Of a DNA stretch of 48,723 nt, positions 16,789-24,900 are shown piece by piece. Under the pieces are notes generated by a model. It did not search any database, was not told the origin of the DNA, and saw only the letters and a program-made list of their open reading frames with translations. A program made the position numbers and the translations under genes. This DNA is from a virus (Duplodnaviria; Caudoviricetes): positions 1-48,723 of the IMG/VR virus record IMGVR_UViG_3300028809_000020; one strand, given 5' to 3'. Numbering within the stretch: the first letter of the stretch is position 1; every line of letters begins with the position of its first letter.

Positions 16789-18465
16789 TCACTGGCAGGA
16801 GACCAGGTCGTGAGCACCAGTCGTGCCATCGGCACAGATGTTGACCACGATCTTGCGGACCTCGTGTCCCGGCTTGAACATCAGCCAGCACTCCTCCATC
16901 CACTCCGCCGTGTAGTCGTTCGTGGCGTTGAGGACGGAGTCACGGATGATGCCCAGGTCCAGGCGCATACCCTGGCCCAGGACGACGGTGCCCGGAGCCC
17001 ACATCAGGAACTCGACGGTGCTCGGCCAGCTCGTGAGCTGGATCGGGGTCACCGAGCTGACGTAGTAGCCGGGGAAGCCGGTGGTCCGCTCCTGGTAGTC
17101 CGAGACGAACTGGATGCGGACGTTCTCGGCGTCGAACAGCTCCATGAGCCGGGCGTCGGACATCGCGAGCTGGTCGGTCGGAGCACCGGTTCGACGCCGC
17201 AGGTCCGAGCGCATCGCCGAGCGGATCCACTTCGGCGCGAGCACCTCCAGCACCGCGTCCTGACACATCGCGTACCGCGAGCGGTAGTCGGCCGCGTTCA
17301 GCGCGATGGCGTTGACGACCGGCGCGACCAGGCCCTCACCAGCGGTACCGAAGGTACCGGTGACGGAGTTGCTGGACGCGAAGCCACGGAGCTGCTCGAT
17401 GCGCAGACCGTTGATCTTGTGCGCGTGTGCGGCGAAGAGCAGGCGGGTGTAGTTCGCGATGGTCTCCGGGTACGCGTCCTCGGTCAGGTTGCCGACCGTG
17501 AGACAGATACCGTCACACGCGAGGCGCTCCTCGTTGAACCCCGGACACGGCACCCGGCCACAGGTCTTGGTACCCGACTGCGCGGTACCGGTGATGGCCG
17601 CGATGTCCTGCGTCTCCGTCCAGCGCCAGAGCGCCTGGGAGGCGGTGACGTCCGCGAAGCTCGGCGAGGTGGGGAACCGGATGCCGCCACGGTTGATACC
17701 GACCGTGGGGAGGTCCAGCATTCCGTCTTCACAGACGATGTTGTAGAAGTCGTAGCTGATCTCCGACGGAGCACACCAGCCACCGGCAGCGACCAGGATC
17801 TCCGGGTTGGTGGCAGCGGTCAGCACCTCGTTGACCTGCGCCGGGGTGGCGTCCAGGCCAAGGTTGTACTTGTGCTCGCGCAGCAGCGAAGCGACGGTGT
17901 AGCGCGGCGCGGTGTCGCCACGCGAGGTGATCGGGATGCTGTTCGCTCGGGACTGGACAGCCGCCACCAGGGCGTTGATGTCCTCCAGGCGTCCACCGGA
18001 GGTGAAGTTCGGGATGTCCGAGGAAGCGACCAGGACCGGCTCACGGCGCGGGACGTCCACCTTCGGCGCGTTGCGCGCGGCGTCGGCGAGCGACGGGTTC
18101 AGCTTGCGGGGGGTGGCCTGGCGCTCGTTGACCTCGACGGAAGCGACGACCGGCTCCGCAGCCTTCGCGGCGTCAGCCAGGGCGGAACGCTTCGCGGCCA
18201 GCTCCTCGCGCTTCGCGGCAGCCTCCACGGCGTCCTGCTCAGCCTTCGCGGCCTCGGCCTCACGGCGGGCGAACTCGGCGTCCACGCGCTCGATGTCGTT
18301 GGTGAGCTGGTCCATCTGGCCCAACTCGGTCTGGACTGCGGCCAGCTCGGTCGTACCGCTGTTGAACAGGGTATCGAACTGGGTGAACGCGGCCGTCTTG
18401 AAAGCATTCAGATCATCGGCACTGAGGCTGGTGATGTCCTCAGGAAGGCCAAGGTTTTCCGACAC
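16789..18465 (-). CDS. Major capsid (hexamer) protein with N-terminal scaffold-like coiled coil
   Basis: N-terminal coiled coil, then LVAAGGWCAPSEISYD, DGMLDLP and RDSVLNATNDY, characteristic of cluster-B-type capsids. Confidence 0.88.
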   Translation of the reverse strand: MSENLGLPEDITSLSADDLNAFKTAAFTQFDTLFNSGTTELAAVQTELGQMDQLTNDIERVDAEFARREAEAAKAEQDAVEAAAKREELAAKRSALADAAKAAEPVVASVEVNERQATPRKLNPSLADAARNAPKVDVPRREPVLVASSDIPNFTSGGRLEDINALVAAVQSRANSIPITSRGDTAPRYTVASLLREHKYNLGLDATPAQVNEVLTAATNPEILVAAGGWCAPSEISYDFYNIVCEDGMLDLPTVGINRGGIRFPTSPSFADVTASQALWRWTETQDIAAITGTAQSGTKTCGRVPCPGFNEERLACDGICLTVGNLTEDAYPETIANYTRLLFAAHAHKINGLRIEQLRGFASSNSVTGTFGTAGEGLVAPVVNAIALNAADYRSRYAMCQDAVLEVLAPKWIRSAMRSDLRRRTGAPTDQLAMSDARLMELFDAENVRIQFVSDYQERTTGFPGYYVSSVTPIQLTSWPSTVEFLMWAPGTVVLGQGMRLDLGIIRDSVLNATNDYTAEWMEECWLMFKPGHEVRKIVVNICADGTTGAHDLVSCQ

Positions 18466-18547
18466 CTCAGTGACCTCTCAGGTTGAGGGTGTACTTAGAC
18501 TTGGCCCGTCTGTTTGTCAAGATACACATAACTTCCATGCACACGCA

Positions 18548-18580
18548 AACAAGGCCGGTGCTTTCGCACCGGCCTTGTCT
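18548..18580 (-). terminator. Terminator hairpin
   Basis: ACAAGGCCGGTGC-TTTC-GCACCGGCCTTGT. Confidence 0.65.
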
Positions 18581-18582
18581 GT

Positions 18583-18771
18583 TTACACGTCCTGTGACGC
18601 GGGCTCTTCGATGGTGAACCACCCGGTGCTGGCGTTGGCGAGAGCGTTCTGCGCCGACACCACCCGCTGAGCCTCGTTCACCGCGAAGTCCTCCGCAGCA
18701 CGTGCATCGGCCTCCGCCTGCGCCTGAGCGCTGGTGACGACCTGCGGAGCCTTTCGGCCGCAGTTACACAT
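18583..18771 (-). CDS. Small head-module protein (MCNCG N-terminus)
   Basis: Overlaps the protease stop; between protease and capsid genes. Confidence 0.6.
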   Translation of the reverse strand: MCNCGRKAPQVVTSAQAQAEADARAAEDFAVNEAQRVVSAQNALANASTGWFTIEEPASQDV

Positions 18772-20980
18772 TCTTGAACCTCCCCATCCTCTGAGCCAGC
18801 TCCAGCTTGTGACGCTCCGCGAAGGAGCCCACTCGCTTACGGTAAATCTGCTTCTTACGGTACGCGGCCGTCAGGAGTCCGTTGTCCACGAACTCCACAG
18901 GCACGACGCTGGAGACCAGCGCTCCGTCCCGGACGGTCACGGAAGCTTCCTTGCGCGCGGTCGCGAACCCCGGAACCGGGACCAGCAGAGCGGCGATGAA
19001 CTCGTTGACCCCAGCCCTGTCCGGGTGCGGCTGCCAGTCACCCGACAGACGGCAGGACATGGCCTGCTGGATCTGCTCCCCGGTAGCCCATGGCTTGACC
19101 GCTCCAGCCACCCAGACGTTTCCGTCCTTGTCCTCACCGATCGCGATGTCGGCGAAGACGGAACAGGAGTTGTCGTAGTGGTTGCGCCGGTTCTCCAGCG
19201 TCCCGTACTCCAGGGGGTCCGTGGAGGCATGGCCGCAGTTGAAGGTGATGGGACCGGAGACCACACGGTGGATCTGCCCGTCCGCACCCGCGACCAGCGT
19301 CTCAGCTCCCATGAAGCGGCTGTAGTCCACCTTTGCCGGGACCTGGCGTTTCACCGAACGGTGGGTGACCCCCTTCGGCGCGAGCTGGCCGAACACGCGA
19401 CCCTCGTCGGTGATGGTCAGCGCACCCTTGATCTCCACATCCGTGGGCTCAGAGAACCACCAGGCAGGCGGAACATCCGGGATCGTGATGGTGTGCGAGG
19501 CGGCCGTCAGCGGTTGTCCGTCGCACCCACAGTCGGTCATCGTCAGCACCTCCCCGACAGCAGAGGCGGTGAGCACCTCTCCTGTCAGATGAATACTGGC
19601 CTCCACGAAGGCCGGGAAGGCGACCAGCGTCGCTCCCCGGATGCGGCCTCGGTTGAACACGGTCATGGTCGGCTTGTCGAACGGTCCCGGTGCCTCGGTG
19701 GAGTACTTCAGCTCCACGTCCGCGTCCTTGACCTTGTCCACGTCCACGGACACGCCGTTGAGGTAGCTCTCCGACATGAGCCGGTAGACCTCGCGCCCGA
19801 TGGCGTAGCCCTCTGCGGTCTTCGCCTCCAGGTCGATGATGCCTCGGCCCATGATCTGGTTGCCGTCACGGTAGACGTGGGTGATCTGCCCGACCAGCAC
19901 GGAGTTGCTGTGCCCTCCGGTGTTGGCAGGCTGGTACATCAGCTTCAGCGGCAGGGGAGCCCAGTCCAGGGAGCCGAACTTGAACATCCGGCCGTCGCCG
20001 GACTCCAGCCCCTCCAGCGTCAGGACACCGTCCCACTCCACCAGAGTCGCGGACTCCACCGGAGTCTCCGTCTCCATGACGTCGGAGTTGGAGATCGTGA
20101 CAGATGCCGTGGTCACGTCCTTCTTCCGGCCGGGGTGCTTGCCCGTGGCGGCACGGTAGAGGTTGGCGCACAGACCGTCGATCTCGTCGGTGTCCACTCC
20201 CTCTTCCCGCATCGCCTGCTGGCAGCGGGTGAAGGATCCCTTGTTCCCCCAGCCGCCCACGCGGGCAGAGCCCTCCGGTCCCAGCCAGTACTTCTTGAGC
20301 TGGCGCGGCATCCGGCTTACAGCGGCCGTAAGAACCTCGTCTCCGCCGAGCTGGATGTCCGTGACCTCCCCGCCGAACGCGAAGCGGATCTTGTCGAAGG
20401 TGATCGGCCCAAGCCTGGACACGTACTCCTGCTGGTCCTCCCCCTTCGGATCGGAGGTGTACTTCAGCGTGACGTGCGGGATCCAGGGCTTGTGGTTGTC
20501 CGGCATGCCCGCGTAGGCACCCCGGACGGCACTCATGACGTTGCCCTGCGGCTCCACCAGCTCTTCACCCTTGATCCCCAGGACGACAGCCGTCTCCATG
20601 TCGGGGTTGTGCGGGTTGAAGACGTTGACGCTGAAGGCCTCCGTCACCACGGGCGAGTTGAAGTACTGCGTGCACGCGGTGACGATCTTCATCCGGAGTT
20701 CCTCGGAGATCGCATCCGCCTCGCCCAGGTAGGCCAGAGTCAGGTGCAGCTCTTCCAGCGGCTCCCCGTCCTCCATCGCCAGGCGCTCCAGGTCGGCGTC
20801 TGAGGGGACCAGCGCCACCATCGCACCCGTGTGGGCGGAAGGGTTGGCACTGGCTACCAGAGTGTCCGCAGGAGGGAACAGAACGCCAGCCGCGTCCTCG
20901 GTCAGCAGCGCATACGCCTCATCCCGGCTCAGCGTCACCGGCCTGAACACGAAGGCGTTGTTGAAACGACTGTCTGTCAT
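18764..20980 (-). CDS. Capsid maturation protease polyprotein with N-terminal 2H phosphoesterase domain
   Basis: ATGA overlap at 20977-20980; two HxT motifs (LHLTL, PHVTL); protease-like GLESGDGR...GH...VGQI...GVSVD...ATLVAFPAF. Confidence 0.82.
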   Translation of the reverse strand: MTDSRFNNAFVFRPVTLSRDEAYALLTEDAAGVLFPPADTLVASANPSAHTGAMVALVPSDADLERLAMEDGEPLEELHLTLAYLGEADAISEELRMKIVTACTQYFNSPVVTEAFSVNVFNPHNPDMETAVVLGIKGEELVEPQGNVMSAVRGAYAGMPDNHKPWIPHVTLKYTSDPKGEDQQEYVSRLGPITFDKIRFAFGGEVTDIQLGGDEVLTAAVSRMPRQLKKYWLGPEGSARVGGWGNKGSFTRCQQAMREEGVDTDEIDGLCANLYRAATGKHPGRKKDVTTASVTISNSDVMETETPVESATLVEWDGVLTLEGLESGDGRMFKFGSLDWAPLPLKLMYQPANTGGHSNSVLVGQITHVYRDGNQIMGRGIIDLEAKTAEGYAIGREVYRLMSESYLNGVSVDVDKVKDADVELKYSTEAPGPFDKPTMTVFNRGRIRGATLVAFPAFVEASIHLTGEVLTASAVGEVLTMTDCGCDGQPLTAASHTITIPDVPPAWWFSEPTDVEIKGALTITDEGRVFGQLAPKGVTHRSVKRQVPAKVDYSRFMGAETLVAGADGQIHRVVSGPITFNCGHASTDPLEYGTLENRRNHYDNSCSVFADIAIGEDKDGNVWVAGAVKPWATGEQIQQAMSCRLSGDWQPHPDRAGVNEFIAALLVPVPGFATARKEASVTVRDGALVSSVVPVEFVDNGLLTAAYRKKQIYRKRVGSFAERHKLELAQRMGRFKNV

Positions 20981-23900
20981 GGCACGATTCGCATTCTGAT
21001 AACCGCCGTCTTGGATGCGGTGGAAGCCCACGGCCCGTCTATAGGCCCTGTAACCTCCAGGATCTCATATTTCAGGCCTGCTCCGAGCAGGAACTCCTTC
21101 TCACCCTGATTCATGGAGAAGTCCTCCACCCAGGCGAGCGGAGTTCCCTCCGGGACTTCGATGATGAACCGGTACTTGTGGCCGTTGAAAGTGGAGCCGT
21201 CGATCGACGTGGACGCGAAAGCGTCCTCGCGGAAGACCTTCCCGACGAAGGACTGAAGCTCTTCCACTGACGGTTGCCAGGATGCGTCGAACACCGTTCC
21301 GGAGTTGCGGTGCACCAGCAGGTTCCTGACGGCGGGCTTCATACCCTTCTGAGCAGCCAGAACCGAGTCCGCCTGCTCGGAGTTGGACTTGCCGAACGAC
21401 CGCATGAAGGAGTTCATCACGGTGTAGGAGTTGCCCGTGTACTTCTTCATGGCCTGGAAGGCGGATCCCGCCAGCTTGCCGTACTTGGCCTCCATCTCCT
21501 TGCCGAAAGCCGACCCGGCAGACTTGCTCATGATCTGCGGGTAGGTGTCGCCGGGAGTGTGGACCTTCGGCGTTCCCGGCTGGAGATCCTCCACCTTCTG
21601 CCAGGCAGCGGTGGCGGACAAGCGGGCTTCCTGGGTCTTCTTGAACTTGCCCAGGATCTTGTTGAACAGCGTCGCCTTCTTGCCCTCAGGGCTCAAAGTC
21701 AACTGGGAGTTGATGTTCTGGACAGCCTTGAGACCGGCCTCGGTCTGAAGCCACGCGACGATCTTGTTCTCGTACGCGTTGTTGTTGGTGACCCCGGCCT
21801 TACCAGCGGCGACCACGTCCACCGTGCGCAGGATCTGGAGCAGGGACGCCGGGTTGCCCATGTTGACGCTGTTGAACGCGGACTGCGACTCAAGCAGTGC
21901 CTCGAACATGTCCTTCGGGTCGGAGTTGAGACGAACCTGCGTCCCGCCTCCGGTGCCCTTGGACCGGAACATCGTGTAGATGTAGTTCTTCTTCTGCTCG
22001 GTGAACCCGCTCAGGTCATCGGCCTGCTTCTGCAGGTCGGCAACGCTGATCTTCGGCGGGGGAGCGCTCGCGAACTGCGAGAGGTCCACCTCAGGAAGGT
22101 TGTGGACCTCCAGCGGGTTGGTCTGCCCGCTGATGGTCGGAACCGCAGCCTGACCAGGGGTGTTTCCGGCGTCGGCGAAGATGAACGGCGTGGAGGGGGT
22201 GACCCATCCGGCGTCGTCCTTCAGGTTCGCCAGAGCAGCCTGCTTGTTGTAGCTGTAGGCGTTCTTCCACTTGCCGTCCGAGCCCTGCGCCTGGACCACG
22301 AACTTCTTGGACTGCGCGTTCCAGTACAGCCGCTCTCCAGCGCCGGGGTTCTCGGCGATGAGCTGGCCGTGCTGGTACTTGGTGGACTTCGGTCCGACCA
22401 GCACAGAGTGCCCCAGCTTGATCGGCACCTGCTTGGTGGGGATCTGACCGGGGATCTGCGAGGGAACGGAGGTCGTGGGCGGGTTGATCGGCGAGGCGGT
22501 GCCCACCGACGCGTTGTGCTTGCTCAGAGCCTGGTCGTAGAAGGCCTGGATCTGCGCTGCGAGCTGGTTCTTCCGCGCCACGGCGGCGTCGAGGAAGGCC
22601 TCCACGTTGTTGGACGGGAAGCCGGAAGGAGAGAGCCCCAGGTGCGACGGACCAGCCACACCGAGCTTGCCCTCCGCTGCGGCCTTCTCGGCGTACGGGC
22701 GCAGGATCGCCTTGTAATCGGCGTCCGGAATCGCCTGGATCTTGTCGATGAAGTCCTTCAGCTCCGGTGTGGTCGCCGGGTTGTAGGCCATGACGTTGGA
22801 CTCGCCGTTGCCGAATGCCTTGTACAGGACGTTCGCGGCCTGCGGGTGCTCGTTGGGCTTGAAGTTGACGTCAAGCTTGTCCTGCCCCAGCCACTTGAAT
22901 GCCTGCCCCTTGTCGATGCCGACGATGTCTCCGTCCGGCGTCTTCAGCAGGTTCCCAGAGTGCGCGTCGTGGTTGGCGACCAGCCAGTCGAAGATGTGCT
23001 CCTTCTGGATGGCGATGGTCTCCGACGCGGAGAGGTTCTTCGGCTTGAAGTTGGTCGGCGAGACCACCGAACCCGGCAGGATCTTCTGGAGCGACCCCGT
23101 CTGTCCGTCCAGCTCCACCACGCCCAGCGGCGGGGTCGGCAGTCCCAGCAGGTCGTGAAGCTTGGCTGTCGCCAGGTCCACGTCCGCAGACGCCTTGAAA
23201 CCGTAGGGAGCGGGCTTGAACAGCCAGTCCTGTCCGGTTACAGAGTCCTTGTAAACCTTCCCGCCATGCGTGCCGAGGGACAGGCCGGTCGCCTTCAGGT
23301 TCGCGGTCTTCGGGATCGCCCCCACCGAACGTGACTTGGCGAACACCTCAGTAGGCGTCGATGGGACCGCTCCAGCCAGGTTGAGCGGCGAGCTGGAGGT
23401 CAGCCCACCCGACTGAATGGCGTCGATCGCCTGCTGGACCAGTTCCGGAGTCACCTCACCGGTGATCTGCACATGGCCCAGCTGTCCGGGGATCATGATC
23501 CCGACAGTGCCGTTGCTGGCCTTCAGTACCTGGATGCCGTCCGCGTTGGAGACGAGCGCAAGACCAACTCCAGGGTCCACGGTCGTCGCGTTCGCCTTCG
23601 CGGCGATGTCAACAGCCTCTTGAGTAGGAACAACGCCACCAGATCCACCAGGAGCGACGTTCTCGGCCTCTCCTACCTCCGGGATAGGCTGACTGGACGA
23701 GAAGTCCTTGCCCGCTTTGACCGCTTTGATGGCCTTGTCGATGTTTTCGGGAGTTACGTTCTCCGGCTTGAGAACACCCATCGTCCACGGCGGGCCGTTC
23801 TCCGTCAAGATCATCTTCCCGGAGACGGCACTCTTGTTGATCTGGATCTGGTCGTCAGCGTACAGCTCTCCGCCGGTTTTCTTCTGGTAGGCGTCGTTGA

Positions 23901-24900
23901 TGAGGTGCGCCTCGGTGGAGACGATGGCCGGGATGACCGGATCGTTGTTGCCAGCACCAGCGTGGTCGTCGGCGAAGTCGTTCAGCCAGTCAGCGGAGAG
24001 ATCATCGATCTCCTTGCCGGTGAAGGCACCGCTGATCTTGTGCGTGATCATCACCTGGTCGTCGGTAAGCTTCTCGATCTCCAGGTCCGGGCTCTCGAAC
24101 AGGAGGTCATTGATCTGGACGTTCGGGTCGTTGAACAGATCCTTGATGGCGTCAACGTTCTCATCCGTGTAAAGGATGTTGGAAGTCTGGATCGCCTGCG
24201 GGACGATGTTGCCGACCTGGACCTTGGACTTGTCCTGCGCCAGAAGAGTCTTTTTGACGAGCTTGTCAGTGGTCCAGTCGTCCAGGCCGATCTCCGCCGT
24301 TCCAGAGCCGGTAGCGCTGACGTGCGTCAGCTCAGCCTTCCCATCGCCGGTCTTGACGATCGTGTCGGCATTCGCCTGGAACAGGACGGTGCCGTCTCCG
24401 TAGGCCGGATCCTGGACAGCATCCTTCATCGCCTGGTTGTTCTCCGGCGACAGCATCTTGACCGGCGTGAAGCTCTTCGCCACGGGAGCCGCTGGAGTCC
24501 CGGCCTTCTCCGCCTCGGAGAGGCTGGGCTTGCCGGGGTCCGCATCCGGCTTGGAGGTCTCCGCCAGTGCCTCGTTGATGTACCCGGAGTCGATGTTCTT
24601 ATTCTTGATCAGCGCGGACTTGCCGGTGTTCTTGTTGACGATGAACAGGTCCCCGCTGTCATCGTCGTTGGCCTTGTGGAAGGTGAAGTTCGCGTCCTCG
24701 AACAGCAGCGTCCCGGACGGGACGTCAGGGTTGTCCAGCGGCTTGACGAAGTCCGCACCCTGTTCCGGAGTCAGCTTCCCGTCAGAGATCACCATCGCGG
24801 GCGCGGATGCGGGTGCGGCTTCCGGCGTGGTCTCTCCGCCGGGAAGGTGCCAGCCGGTCTCATCCTTATAAGCCTTGTAAAGCGCGCCACGGGTGTACTG
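20977..24900 (-). CDS. Effector portion of the MuF fusion: repeats, HipA/PI3K-like kinase, VIP2-like ADP-ribosyltransferase
   Basis: Kinase: LGTHGG, WLFKP, DWLVANHDAHSGN, IDKG. ART: KKYTGNSY, VHR, FASTS, GEKEFLL (R-STS-ExE). Frame is open upstream of the track's ATG at 24795. Confidence 0.8.
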   Translation of the reverse strand, partial: QYTRGALYKAYKDETGWHLPGGETTPEAAPASAPAMVISDGKLTPEQGADFVKPLDNPDVPSGTLLFEDANFTFHKANDDDSGDLFIVNKNTGKSALIKNKNIDSGYINEALAETSKPDADPGKPSLSEAEKAGTPAAPVAKSFTPVKMLSPENNQAMKDAVQDPAYGDGTVLFQANADTIVKTGDGKAELTHVSATGSGTAEIGLDDWTTDKLVKKTLLAQDKSKVQVGNIVPQAIQTSNILYTDENVDAIKDLFNDPNVQINDLLFESPDLEIEKLTDDQVMITHKISGAFTGKEIDDLSADWLNDFADDHAGAGNNDPVIPAIVSTEAHLINDAYQKKTGGELYADDQIQINKSAVSGKMILTENGPPWTMGVLKPENVTPENIDKAIKAVKAGKDFSSSQPIPEVGEAENVAPGGSGGVVPTQEAVDIAAKANATTVDPGVGLALVSNADGIQVLKASNGTVGIMIPGQLGHVQITGEVTPELVQQAIDAIQSGGLTSSSPLNLAGAVPSTPTEVFAKSRSVGAIPKTANLKATGLSLGTHGGKVYKDSVTGQDWLFKPAPYGFKASADVDLATAKLHDLLGLPTPPLGVVELDGQTGSLQKILPGSVVSPTNFKPKNLSASETIAIQKEHIFDWLVANHDAHSGNLLKTPDGDIVGIDKGQAFKWLGQDKLDVNFKPNEHPQAANVLYKAFGNGESNVMAYNPATTPELKDFIDKIQAIPDADYKAILRPYAEKAAAEGKLGVAGPSHLGLSPSGFPSNNVEAFLDAAVARKNQLAAQIQAFYDQALSKHNASVGTASPINPPTTSVPSQIPGQIPTKQVPIKLGHSVLVGPKSTKYQHGQLIAENPGAGERLYWNAQSKKFVVQAQGSDGKWKNAYSYNKQAALANLKDDAGWVTPSTPFIFADAGNTPGQAAVPTISGQTNPLEVHNLPEVDLSQFASAPPPKISVADLQKQADDLSGFTEQKKNYIYTMFRSKGTGGGTQVRLNSDPKDMFEALLESQSAFNSVNMGNPASLLQILRTVDVVAAGKAGVTNNNAYENKIVAWLQTEAGLKAVQNINSQLTLSPEGKKATLFNKILGKFKKTQEARLSATAAWQKVEDLQPGTPKVHTPGDTYPQIMSKSAGSAFGKEMEAKYGKLAGSAFQAMKKYTGNSYTVMNSFMRSFGKSNSEQADSVLAAQKGMKPAVRNLLVHRNSGTVFDASWQPSVEELQSFVGKVFREDAFASTSIDGSTFNGHKYRFIIEVPEGTPLAWVEDFSMNQGEKEFLLGAGLKYEILEVTGPIDGPWASTASKTAVIRMRIVP

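Noticed and set aside
24789-24897. Basic C-terminal tail of the MuF ORF (TPVARFTRLIRMRP...) as a real domain
   Set aside because: It is out-of-frame read-through past the frame break; the -1 frame matches the repeat consensus.
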